The position numbers and the translations under genes are program-made. Below the pieces are notes generated by a model, which saw only the letters and a list, made by a program, of their open reading frames with translations, made no database searches and was not told the origin of the DNA. This document shows, piece after piece, positions 13,354 through 27,800 of a stretch of 64,000 nucleotides of DNA. The DNA lies in the IMG/VR virus record IMGVR_UViG_3300024324_000002; one strand, given 5' to 3'. Positions within the stretch are counted from its first letter, which is position 1. Each line of letters begins with the position of its first letter. The stretch comes from a virus.

Positions 13354-15498
13354 CTAGTATGTGTTTAAAGAATAATTAAAATGTGGTACATAATTATCAG
13401 GATTATACTCATGTACTTCTTGTTTATCAAATTCCACTCAATAGTCTTCTAATTCTTTTCTATCTCTAAGCCCTAATATTGTTACTACATAAAACATACA
13501 CATCATTAATCCATCAACTAAATCATCATGCATACTTCATTTACCTTGATATTTAGCTATCGTACTTTTAGTTCATGTTAGTTTAACAAAATTCTTCACT
13601 TGATTTATTAAATTAGTTTGATCTGATGCTATTTGTAATATACCTTTATCTAATAATAACTGTGTAGTTTCTACTAAATGTTGCTTACTAGATACATAAA
13701 ATCATTTCTTATTCCAACTCCATGTTCCATTACCTGTAAATTGTACCCAGTAATCTATTACATGTTCATGTTTCTGATCTTCCTGCATTATAACCTTACC
13801 TATTGTTGTAGCATCTCATATAACTGTTACATTTGTAAACCTATCTTTATATATCTTAGCTTCTTTTACTTGGTCTAAATAATGTATTCCCTTCATCTCT
13901 ACTGATTCTTGTATGATATGTTTAGTTATATTGAATAAAACTAATGATCATGGATCAGCATTACCTCAAAAATCTACTCATAATATATAATAATCATCTT
14001 GTGGTATCACTATAGGTGGTACTACATTACCTATAACATTAAATACTTGCATCTCATCTAGTATAACACAGTATGCTCTAGCATAATATTCTTTTAATCA
14101 TGCTTTCTTTAAGTCGTTTATAGTAAATTCCATCATCTTATTTAACTGATTCTCCATTTCTTCTACATCTATCTGGTTATTCTCATCTATATTTCTCTTA
14201 TAATTCAATTCAAATAACTCTCTCTTCTGTAATATATCTACTCTGTGACTAGTTATTAGTTCATCTCATAGTTCTCAATCTATTAATAGTCTATAAAACC
14301 AATGTTCTCTTGGTGTCTTCTCTGATATAGTTGTAATGATAAACATAGATTCTGTTTCCATTAATGCTCTTTGACTGAATAATGTCCAGAATTCATCTGG
14401 TATATACGCAGCTTCATCTATTACAGCGAAATCACAGGCTAATCATTCCCCTGTGGCTCATGAACCTCCAAAGTTATATAATGATACCATTCTAAATGTA
14501 GTACCTGTTAGATTACATTTAATAGTATACTTACTAGCTTGTATCTCTATTATAGGTTTACCGTCTGGTAACTTCTTTCATATAAAGTCTGATAAGAATC
14601 ATTCCATATAATCCATTACAGATGAACCTACATTACTTAAGTCTGGTACAAAATATTTAATCTGTCTAATCTTTCTTCATCCAAATCATGTTCACTCTTT
14701 AAATAACTCTCTTGCACTTAAGAATGCTCATAAGAATGATTTACCAGATCATTTACTTGCTGCTACTACATTAATCTTGTCCCAATCCATTATAATCTTT
14801 CTACTCCATTGTAGTAATGTATAGTTAGAAGCCTTTCTTAGTGAATGTCAATATGTTAGTTCTCTATTTGGATCTCATATATCATGATTAATATATCATT
14901 GTTTTAGTTCTGCTGTTAATACTTCTTCTAAACTTATCTCTCATTCTCATTCTATACTCATTGCTCCATAATTCTCTTGTCCTCTTTCTCATATTTTATA
15001 TGATGAACTCTTGTTCTTAACTATCTTCTCTTGTATAAATCATATGTATCATGTGTTTTTATTATATCATAATGGTACACTTCTTAATAACGGTGCTACA
15101 ATTAAATAATATTTATCTGATAAGTATCATGTCTTAACTAATTCTTTAATATAGTATTGTAATATAGTATGTGCTTTTATATCTATAATGTTTTTAGTTC
15201 TAACTAATTTAGGTAATGATATTTTAATATGATTATCCCCAAAGAATTCAGATAACAATCATGTTACATGTAATTCTACTGGGAAAAAATATTTAATACC
15301 ATACTTACTTCAATATTGTTTATCTAATACTCTCTTATCTCCATCAGCTATATTAGTTCATTCCTTATACATTAATTCTCTAGATGCTATTATTTCATCT
15401 ATATCTCATTTAAATGCTCATAAGAATCTTTTTATTGCTTCAAAAAAATCTTTGTCTCATATAAATCAATTATATTTAATATCTTTTAATGTGATCAT
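13354..15498 (-). CDS. terL: Terminase large subunit (714 aa)
   Basis: Walker A AASKGSGKS (14737-14760, first Gly = TGA). Walker B CDFAVIDEAAY. Nuclease-type motifs ILGVDFGGNADP and MHDDLVDG. Confidence 0.9.
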
Positions 15499-15507
15499 AT
15501 TTTAGTT

Positions 15508-15792
15508 TTAATATTTAAGTTTATCATTAGCTCATGGATGCATAAAGATTCATATGTTCATATTAGTCTTTGCTGCCTTACTTCAATGTAATGTTTGTGC
15601 ATGTTTAATTAAATCTAATCTAACCTTTAATGCTTCAGCTCATGCATGATTCTTTGCATCTTTCATTAACTCTTTCATCTCATTAACTGTGTCAGCTAAT
15701 CAGAAGTCGGATTGCTCCAACTTCTTAGCTAACTCAATGTCAGGATCTTTTTCTGTTAATGATTGATCAGTGTTCAATATTATTTCTGACAT
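15508..15792 (-). CDS. Small protein upstream of TerL (94 aa); small-terminase candidate by position
   Basis: ATG 15792, TAA 15508, ending 9 nt before the terminase large-subunit ATG. No motif recognised. Confidence 0.35.
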
Positions 15793-15808
15793 ATCTGTTT
15801 GTTATAAA

Positions 15809-18800
15809 TTAAAATGCTTTAGTAATTAAATCTCATGGTAATCATTTTATTGTTGTACTTCTTTTATATTTTGGTTGTGTTAACCTTGCTCTTCCTTTCT
15901 TACCTAGTCTAGCTTTCTTCTTAGTTGTTTTTACATAACTTGTCTTAGGTTGAGATTTCTTTGTTCTAATCTTTATCTTAGCTTCCGTTCCACTAACTAC
16001 ATCTTTATATAATTCTCTAGCTAACATTTCTCTAAAAGCTACTAATGTAGGGAAGTTCTGATAATTAAAATTCGATAATGGTTTAGATTTATTATAATCT
16101 AATATCTCTTTATAATTATGTGGTATCTCTTTTCATTTTATAAATTGTCATATCTCTGGAAATTGTTTAGCAAATCATGGTCTAGCTCATGATGTATGTG
16201 GACTCTTCATTCAGTTTCTAAATGAATTACTAAATGATCATCTCTTTTTAAATGTATTCTTATTACCAGAATTTATAATAGAATTCTCATCAAAGTCTAA
16301 TAAATCATTATTTACTTTATAATTCCAACTCATTAATTGTCTTTGTGCTTGTTTAGATATTCAATTAAATACATCGTTATCTCTTAATCTTTTACTTAAT
16401 TCTGAATTAATAAATGTTAATGCCGCAGCTTGTTTAACTATCTTTTCTTTAGTTGATGATGATGTGTCATCTATTGTATATAGAATTTTATTAGTTATAT
16501 CTATAGTATCTTCAATAGATCTCTTAGATAATTCTACTTTCTTACCATCATATCACCGTACATTTCATACAGATTTTAATCATATAGCATATACTGTCTT
16601 CATTATCTTAGCATCAGTATCTCCATCTTCCATATTCTTACTAGAGTATAATAACATATTCATCGCATTGTTTAATGAGTTTCATAATTTTCATTTATTT
16701 AATCTATCCATTAAATCACTATGATACTTCTCTGTATGTAATCATTGTACGTAACCATGATTCTCTAAGTTTAAATCTAAATAACCAGACTCTTGCATCC
16801 ATTTCATAGCTTTTGCCTTATATCCATCTTCTTCTTCTTTAGTAAGTTTCTTTTGTTTATAATCTGTAATTCATTGATCTTTAAGTTCTTCTTTAGCTTC
16901 GTATGTTAATTCACTATACTTATTATATCATACATATGATACCAAATGTCTAGCACTAAATTCTTTTATATGTGATAACTCATGCATCAATTTACTACTA
17001 GCATGTACTCTTGTTCTTGGATCATTTATAAAATTCTCTTTAGTGATTCATAAATCATTTAATGCATTAGTAATATAATCATCCATCTTAGTGTCATACT
17101 CTCTATCCTTTCTATCTGATAACTTTCTACCATCTTTATCAAACCTAGCTCATATTCATGGATATGTAACTAATCAATCAAATAACTTATTAACATAATC
17201 ATAATCTAATTTTCATTTTGTTAACATTAATTTATTTAAATCATATCACTTCTTACCAAATCAATGTTCTTTAAGTTTTTGTAAATCTTTATCTCATTGT
17301 AACTCATGAGTATATTTTATTAATACTTCATCATTCATACTCTTTGAACTAATGAATCAATTTAACATTGTAGTTATATATGAAAAATCATTAACACTAT
17401 CTATGTGCATTATCTTATTTTTCTTATATGTATCCATTGTATATTGTTTTCTAGGATTCATTTGATTATATCATAACAACTGTAAGTTATCCATCCCTTC
17501 TGGATCAGTATAAAATTTTGGCATATCTTTACTGTATCCATATCTTAAATACGCAGAGAAGTTTGCTTTCATTGCTTCATGAACACTAAGTAACATATTT
17601 TCTTCTGGAAACATTTCTCTTCTTTGTATGGTTGTTTCAACAATCTTTGCTGGTTTTAAATACCTAAGCATATGTTCCATTAATCAATATCATACAGCTC
17701 ACATTCTTGTACTTGTGTCATATCATTCTGATAAATCCCAATTCTTCTTTTCTCTTGATATAGTTATATCTATAGCTGTTAAAGTGTTAGTCATTGCAAA
17801 TATAGCATCTGACATTTGTGTTTTCTCATCTTTGTCACTAAAGTCATGCTTCTGTAATCTCATAGCTATTCATGCTGCCATTAATATATTATATCATAAC
17901 GCATGTGTATAGTTTATAAAATCTCCAAAGTATTGCCTAGCTTTTAACCAATCTCATTTTGTTGCAGCATTTAATGCTGCCATAGGTAATAACATTTTTT
18001 CTCCAAGTGTAGCTACCTTATGCAATCCCCATCAATTTAAAAATCTATAACTTGTTAAAAATATTTTAGCTGGCATCCAATCTCTAACTAAAAACATTGG
18101 ATCTCTATATACTCATGATGTTGATATAACTCATCCTCATAATTCATTATACTTTCTATAAAATAATGCTTTAAATTGTTTTTCATTTCTTTCTGATAAT
18201 TTACTCCAAGCTATTAATTCATTTACATTAGTATGTCCAGTTGCTTCCATTACATGTAATGCTGATACCTTTCTTCTTAATGGATCATTAATCATATCTA
18301 TAGCAAATAATGGTTCTGTAACTATTGTATCTATTACATTACTAATAGCGTTTCTTGTAGCCGCATCCTTTACTCATAACTCTTTCATTATCTTATCTGT
18401 AACTATTTTATTTCATGAACTTATTTTCTTTTGTAATGTTTGAAATAATGTTTTAGTTAATTGTGCATCTATTCATTGTCCTTGCCCTGCCGTACTCTCT
18501 GCATATAATCATAATCATTTAACTAACTCATCTCACATAGCTTGTTTGTTTCATAACGCTTGTGCTTGTGATAATAATTCTAATCCATTTGATAACGCTT
18601 GAGTCATTGCTGCAGCATGTCACATTCCTCATAATGCAATAGAACCCGATTGGTATGACCAGAAATAATATCCTCATTGTAATTCTTTTATTCATTTTAT
18701 AATAGCTGGTTGATCTTTGTTATATAAATGATTATATAATCTAGACATAACTTTCTTTTCTCAATCTGTAGCTTGTCTTCCTTCTTCAGCCATCCTTCAA

Positions 18801-21800
18801 ATTAAATAATCTTTAAATCCTTTTTCTGTTTTAACTCATCTCATCCTATAATAAAATTCCATATCTCAACTGAACATTCAAATTAAATCTGTAAAGAATG
18901 TATCTTTCTTAGAATATTTACTAAGATCTAATCATCATAAATCTTTTAATTTATGATTAACATTATTCAAACTATCAATAATAGTATACATTAATCAATC
19001 CATTTCTAATACTCCTTTACCATCTGGTGTAGCTGCCTTGTTTGTATCTGTTAATTTTTTAGCATACTCTTTTATTATTTCAAGATGTTCTTCATTTAAA
19101 TCTTCTAATTTAGTTTTATTATCATTTCTATTATAAGTTTCTATTTTCTTAACAACTCATTTTAAATATAATTCTTTATTAAATATAAATCATTTATTTG
19201 TTTTCTGAATAGCTGCATACATAGGTTGATCTATTATTCAATGCATTCAAGCTATTTGCTCTTTACTTAATCATGCTTTATTTAAATCATTTATAAAATC
19301 TTTTGTCATGATTAAATGTTTTTTCTTTATCATATTTCATTTACTGTGTTGTCATACTCATCACTCTATTCATTTTGGTGGTGTTCATCATAATACAGAT
19401 TCCCTAAATATAGTTAAATAGAATGTAGATTCTTCATCAAAAGATGATAACCGTTGTTCTACTTTTGTCTTAACTCATTCTTTTAATAAAATATCTAAAG
19501 TGTTAGTTTTATCTATTACATTAGATAATGCTTTTAATTCATGTCATCTCATCTTATATGAAATATCTAACTTAGTAGTATAATCAAATATTTGTTTATC
19601 TTTAATTTTTTCTTCTTTTGTTTTTTGAACTGTTTTAGTTTTAGATGTATCTTTAAGTATTTCTATACCATTAACTGATTTTATATTATCTTCATTTAAA
19701 GATTTATTCTCTGATTCTATTTCTTCTATACTATTATATAAACTCTCCTCTTGAGCGTTATCTGTTTTTATAGTATCTTCATATACTATCATCTCACTAT
19801 CTAGTGGCATATCACTACTTTGTGTACTACTTATATCTATTGTCTCTGCTTTACGATAATCTTTAATATTTTCTAAAGATTTTTTATCTATTGTTTGTGT
19901 TTGATATACTATTAATTCATCTAAGTTATCAGTTGGTTGTTTATAATGTGCATGTATAGGTAATACTTTTATTTCTGATACATTAATATTATGTTGATCT
20001 TGTAATAAATGAGTATACATACTTATTTGATTTTGAAAATCTTCTCATAAACGACTTATTCTTTTAAAATCTCTTTTACTTGCTATATCATATATAGTAA
20101 CATCTCAATTCTTTTTTACTGTAAGTAAATCTAATTCTCATGCTATTCATAATTTTTCACTATGTACTTTAAGATAAGTTCAAGATACTTTCTCTCATCT
20201 TTTATCTAATTCTTTTTTAAATTCATCTAATCAATATATAAAATAATCAAACTGGTTTTGATCTTTAATATGAATATATTCATTAAAATCTTTTACTCCT
20301 TCTCAAAAATAATCTTTAATAATTTTATCTAACTCTAATCAAACTGATCTTGATTTTTCTAAATAATCTGGATGCTCTGCTTCAAATTTTTCTCTTGTAT
20401 ATGTAGTAACTCTATCATATGTTTGTCATGTTTCAGTATTAACATAATTCTTTTTATCTTCAGATAAGATTATTTTATTTTGATCTTCAAATAAATTTTC
20501 TAATTTTTTATCTAATTCTTTTTTACTAACTTCTTTAATAGTTTTTACTTCTCAATCTTTAATAATAGTTAATCCTTTATATTCTTCCTTAGTTCTCTTT
20601 TCTTTCTTAACTGGTTTAACTACCGCTTGAGTCTTTTCCATATTAACTAATGCCGCATCATTAATTCTATTTTCATATTGTCTTTCTGATTCTCATTCTA
20701 ATCTTTTTATATACTGATGCATCCTCTCATGTTCTAATGAAAATCTTTCCCATGATTCTATTGTTTTAAATTTATTAACTGGTAATGGATCTGCGTATGT
20801 ATTATCTGTCCATACCTTCTTCTTAAATCATTTCTTTGTTTCTTCTTTATCTATCTTTATTAAAGCTGTAGATTTCTTAGTCTTTGGATCTTCATATATA
20901 ATTAATTGTGTAGATCATTTTTGTCAATGTGCATTCGTTATATCTGTAGCATATTCTACTGATGTATCTTTATATATAAGCTCTTCTCATTTTAAATCCT
21001 CTATCTTAGTATCATATCTCTCAAGATTCTCTTTCATTTCTTTAGTAATATTTTCTTCCATTCTACTCTCTTGCTTCTTAATATCTTCTATATCTAAAGC
21101 TAATTCTTTTATTAATTCTTCATTGAATTGTATTTCTTGATTTCTATATTCTATAGATTCTTTTAATTTCTGAATCTTCTCTTTATTTGATATAGGTTGT
21201 TGTAGTATAACCTCTGGAATGTATTCTGGATTATAAGTTCATAAATATGATTCTTTACTTTTAGTTGTGTTCCTAGCTGCATAGTTTATATATTTAAACT
21301 TATGTGCTGTATTTAATAATCAAAAGAAATGTCTGTTACCATATCATAACGATAGTAATGCTATCTTATATTTAGTTCTTTCGTTTAATGAATTAAAATC
21401 TATTTTATCTCTTACATTCTTAATATCTAAATAATTTTTATTATAATCATAAGCATCTTCAAATATCTCTTTATATTTATTATCTAATTCAATATAAGTT
21501 TGTTTTGATCTCTTAACTTTTTTTCATTTTTTTATTACTAATTCATCACTACTTTTTTGTATCGCCTGTTCTTCTTCTGATGGATTAAATAATTTTTTAA
21601 TCTTTTCAAGTGTACTATCTGCTAATTTAAAATCATGAGAATATTCAAGTGCTATATCAATTTGATTAAAAAGTTTTCTTCTATCATCATCATTTAAAAT
21701 ATACTCTTCTCTATCTTCTGTTTTTAATTTACCATCTTTATCAACTATCTTTACTTGTTTTACCTTTATCTCTTCAGTTAATAATTTTCTTGCATGTCCT

Positions 21801-24800
21801 CACTCACTAAATGATTCTACTATATAATCTCTCTCTGTGTGTTGTTTTAAATTAACTAATGTATCACCATACTTATTTAAAAAGAATTCTGTTAAGTTTC
21901 TTACGTATCATAATGATCATCCTGTTATATTATATGATATATTATCTTTACCTTTCTTACTCTTCATTATCTTTTCTATCTTATTAATAGATAGTTCTTT
22001 ATTAGGATTATTAAACGTTAATGCTAGTAATGATACTACATCGTTATAAAAATACTTTTGTGCAGCTGGTTCTGTTATTCAAATACTATGTAATGCCTTA
22101 CTTAACCATATCTCTTTAGGGAATTTATCAGACTTACTTTTAGCATAATCTAATACTAGTTGTGCTAATGAAGCTATGATCCCAGAATAATCTTCTCATT
22201 TTGTAATTCATTTATCTCAATTAAGTTTAAATAACTCTTTAAATATTGATCATAATGTAGTCTCTGTATCTATAAAATCCTTTGTTAAAATTATTGAAGT
22301 CTTATCTTCTAATATAGAAGTTTTCTTATCTGCATGTTTTTCTACTATTTGTAATAATGTATTAAATACTTTCGTAGTAGAAAATAAAGGTGATACAGTT
22401 TCTTTAGCTTCTACATTTTTATTTCTAGCATCAAGTATAGATGATGATTTTACTTCTTCTTTAATTTTAGTTTTAGGTTTTTCATCTCATATCTGTTCTA
22501 CTAATACATATGGATTTTTATAATCATTTTCTAATGCATCATATAAATCATCTCTTCATTTTTTTATAGCTGAATTAGCTAATACCATAGACTCTCTAGA
22601 TGCTAATGGTATTGATATTACTGTATCAGCATCAAAGTCTGCTTGTAGTTTAAAGAATATAGATTCTGGATGTCAGATAATATCATTAGATTTAACAGAT
22701 TGTTTACTTTCTATTACCTTCCCAGTCTTCTTAACTCTCTTATTTAATCATACATCTTCAGCAAATCTTATCTTATATACTCATGTATTCTCTTTATTAG
22801 GTACAGGATTTCTAAATACATATATTTGTAATGGTACGTCTCATCTTCTTTGTTTATGTAAGAATGTTAATCTCTTTCTATCTGTTTCTGATATAGAAGT
22901 TCCTTGTTCTTCTAATGTTCTTATTTCTTTCTTTAATGTTTTTAATGCATTTTTATGTACAGTTCAGTTCTTAGCTACTACTACTTCATCTCTTTTTAAT
23001 CTTAAATGTTTTTCAATTCAATTCTCATCTATTTTAGTCTTAGGTAAAAAGATTGTTGATTGTTGTATAACTGGATTAGTTCATTCTATTCATCATTTCT
23101 TTATAATCTTTTTAACTCATTGTATTATTCAATCTAATCTAGTATTAATAATAGTATCTGAAGCTCATCATATATTATGTGCCTTATTCATATATGTTAA
23201 CCATTCTCATACATCTCCATATATATCCATTGTCTCATCAAGTATACCTAATGATTGTAATTCTTTTTCTACAAAATTTGTTATCTTCTCTTTAGTTAAA
23301 CTAGTCATATATTCCATATCCTTATATCATAATAGATTTATGATTTGTGTTCATATAGCTTGTTCATCTTTCTTCTTTGATTTATCTTTAGCATTTACTG
23401 CATGTGATAAATCAGTATCATCTATCTTTCATTCTATAACCATCTTAATTCAATTCACTTCTATTATATTACCTGCTTCTGTTATATCTATTAATTCTTT
23501 TCATAATTTTAATCAACTCTTATCTATAACATAAGTTCTATTCATTACCTTAGATCATCAATCCTTATCGTATTTTTTAACAGTTCATTTATTTACATTT
23601 ATCTTAGCCATATAAACTCATTCATTTCCATTAGATTTAACATTTCATACTATATGATATTTCCATGCTCAATCTGAACCATCAAATCAATATAATTCAT
23701 TTGCTAATTCTGATATATCATCTGATGCAAATCATGCACCATCTCTATTAGATGCATTATATACAGTATCTATATCAGTTAGTATATCTTCAGTACTCTT
23801 TTCTAGATAAGAATAATCATCATACTCTTTAAAGAAATCTTTATATTCATTTAATATATTTTCTTTTTCTTTAATTGTTTTAGATTCTTTTATTCTTTTG
23901 AAAAAATCTGCTAACTTTCCATTCATTTCCTTATTATAACTTGTTGTTATTCATTGTTCTGCATCTTTTCTACTTGTTCAAATCTTTAATTCTTTTACTA
24001 TGTATGTTGTTGTTTTATCTGTTATCCCTTCAAATATTCTTGTTGTAGATGCCATCGCTGATTCTCTTTTAATAATTGTTCACATTCATTGATCTCATTT
24101 TGTATGTCATATAACTCTTATATACTCTTCTGTAAATTCTTTTTCTACTTCATTAAATGTAGGTTTATCACTTTTATATATCTGTACAAATGAACTCTTA
24201 TCTCATAATGTTCACATTATATATTCGTTCTCTCATAATCACATCCTCTCTTTTAATACCTTTCTTAAATATGAATAATCAATTACTATTTCATCTTTTT
24301 CAGTTCTTCATACTTCTCCTATAATAGTATCTACTTTCTTTTTAGAAACCTTATTATATAATTTTATATTAAAATCTTTTAAGATTCATAGATGTTCTGG
24401 ACTTAAATCCTTAGGACTCTTTGTATTTAAAATATCTGTTATAAATTTATATCTATGTATTGGTAAAAAATAATCTGGTTTTTTATCTTTAATCTTCTTC
24501 TCATGTTCTGTAAAAAATTTATTAAGTTTAAATTCAACCCCTTGTATTCTAACAATAAATCCATCAAATAATCCTAAATCATTAGTTTGTAATAATCTAT
24601 ATTTAATATCTCATTCTTTATTTAAGTCATCCATTAAATTCTTCATTCTTATTGGAGTCTCCATCATAGCGTCTTCCACAACAGATGTTTGTTTTGGTTT
24701 AGTATAATCTGTTCATCAAGGTTTCATATAATAATTATCTTCTATGTTTGGATATTCTGTTTGCTTCTTTGTTAATGTTTTAACTTTAGTTAAACTACGA

Positions 24801-27800
24801 AGTCTTAAAAATTTCTTACGTAATGCTTTTATAGTTTTATTAACTAATTCTCTTCTTCAATTTTCCTCAATACTTCAATTAGATTTTTGTAATTTATATT
24901 CTATACCTAAATTATCTAATAAATCATCTATGAAGGTATGGAATTCTTCATACTGAACTCATTTATTTTTAACATTTTTTATTACAAATGAATCTACTTT
25001 ATCTTTAAATTCATTATTATTAATATATAACTCTCTTAAATTAGAAGCATTAGATTCATCTTTATATTTAGTTTTAATAACATTAAATAATCTATGTCAT
25101 TCTTCTTGTTCAAAATTCTTAGCTCATGTTAATGCTGTAGCAAATATTTTTTCTATTGGATTCTCTTTCATTGTATCATCATAGTCTCTTACTCAATCAG
25201 CATATTTCTTTATTCTTTCGTTCTCTATATCTAACATAGTAATCTTAATTGTATCTTTAGATATCTTTTTCTTTCCTACTACATTACCTTCCTTATTTAA
25301 TAGATGTACTTTTTCTTCTTTTAATAATTCAAACATATGATCTAAATTCTCTTGATGATTTAATATAGATTCATTGTTTTCTATAAATTTATGTAAATCT
25401 TTTAATTCTATTTGTTTATGTGTTTTTATAAAGTCTTCTACTTTTAAATCAATTTCTTTATTCTGTGCTTTTATTTCTGTACTTAATTTTTCTTTATCTC
25501 ATTTTAAAGTCTTCATTTCTTTCTCTACTTCTGTTTCTACTTCTTTTAATAAAGCTATCTTTTCTTTTCTATTAGCTTTAAGTTTATTTAATTTATCTTT
25601 CTTAATCTGTACTTCTTTTGAATTATCTTTATTTACATATGCGAAATCATATTCTTCTATTTCAGTATCTAAATCTTTTATATCTTCTACTATCTCTTTT
25701 GTTTTCTTTACTGAATATAAATCAGCTTTCATCTTACCCTTAGTAGCTAATGTCTTATATAAATAATCTTTTAAATACTTATCCATAGATTCAGTATATC
25801 TCTTATATGAATCTTGATTAATAAATATTTCTTTATCTTTACTTAATATATTATCTATAGCTTCTATCTCTTTCTTAACTCTCTCTATCTCTATTCTATT
25901 AACATCCTTACTTGGATCCATAGCCTTCTTTCAGAAATTAGATATAGTATTAATATGTTCTAATTCTCATAATTCAATTTCTAAATTCCCTCTCTCAAAT
26001 TCTAATTCCCTAATATAAAGTTCATATAATTTTTCTGATTCCTTTGTGAAATTACTTGTATTAAATTGTTTATAAAATTCTCCTATTATAACTTTCTCTG
26101 TTTTATCTCATAATAAACCTTCAGCTAATTGATAAACATCCTCCTTAGTTTTAATTGTATCATTCTTATGTATCTCTTTAAATAATTCATAGTTATCTAT
26201 TATCTTACTAGCGAATGCTCTTGTATAAAATTGATTCATTGCATTATCCTCTATATTAAAAAACTTAATTTGTTCTTTAATAAAAGACATAACCTCTTTA
26301 CCTGTCTCTGTTAATTCTGATTTACCTACAATCCTATCTTGAATATATCATGTTTGACTTATCTTATCCTCCATTCTAAATATATTCATAACATAATCAT
26401 CTATATTTAAATCGAAGTTATTTACTGTCTGTGCTGGATAGTATTGTTTTAATCAATCATCAATAGTCTCTGCTGTTAATAATTGATCTATTATCTTATT
26501 TGATTTTTTATGATACTCTAAATATCAAACATCTTTTATTTTACCATCTTTAGTTTTTATCTTCTTTGTATTATTAAATGATATATCAAACATCTCTCAT
26601 ATCTTCTTTCATACACCAATATAAAATATACTCCTTTCTTTTTTTGTCTTTGGATCTACCATTCTACCATGAGCAAATGATATATAATTATCTTGTTGAG
26701 ATAATATGTTAGATATTTCATTTCTGTTTGTAGGAGTAGTCCCTAAATCTATAGTATTTATGTTTCATTCTCCAAATACATGCTCTAAATCTTCCTGTAA
26801 ATCAATAATGTTTGAACTATTATATCAATCTTTTTCTCATGAATTATATCAACTACCTAATGGCTTCTTCATTTCTTTAGGTGATTTACTTATATCCTCA
26901 AAAATAGAATGAAAATCTTTAGGTGATTTAACTTCTTCCATCTTATTTAACATAGAATGTTTAGAAATAGATACAAGTTCTCATTCTTCTACCCCTAATA
27001 TTTTTTTATCTTCTTCTGTTACTATTAATTTTTCAGTACTTAATAACTCATCCTGCTTTCATTGACTTAGTTTTTCTATCTTATCTACATCTATAGTTAT
27101 CTTTTGTTTAGTTACTGGATTAAAAAATGTTAATTGATCCTTTGGTTTAACTCATTTATTACTAGATGAATTTTGTAATCTATGTAAGTCTTGATATAAT
27201 TGTCTAGTTAATGTTTGTTTCTGATCTATATCCTTAGTATTATTTATTTCATCTATCTTTTTAGTAAATGTTTCTAAATGTTTCTTCTTATCAGACCTAC
27301 TAAATTCTAATCTAGCTTGATTCAATTGCCCATATCAATTAATTAATCCTTTAATTCTAACTAAATCTTTCTCTAATTTCCTATTCATTATAATCTTACC
27401 TGCTGGATTAGCTGTCTTTAATGATCTAAATATCTTATCTGTTTCCATTAATGAAGCATTTATCCTTTCCTCAAATCATAACATCTTAGATATAGCTCAA
27501 TCTAATGTAATTGTTTTATTAGCTCATTTCTTATAATTAGATTTAATAGAATCCCACTCTTCTGATATAACTTTAATTAATGCATCCTTATCTCATTTAA
27601 ATAATGTAGATAGTTTTCATAAATCTCATACCTGTTGTACTAACTTTTGTGCATTTAATATTTGTGACCTAGCATCTTTCTCCGTAATAGCGTTTCCTTT
27701 CTTAGCTTCATATTCTACAAGTCATAATGCTAAGTCTTTCATATTTTCGTCTCAAGTTAAAAAACTTGTTACCGCATCATAGTATGGATTTAATTCAGCT

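Noticed and set aside
19309-19309. Gene boundary at ATG 19309 (junction-like CATGATTAAATG)
   Set aside because: The upstream sequence is in the same frame with no TAA/TAG, so this ATG is internal to the giant ORF.
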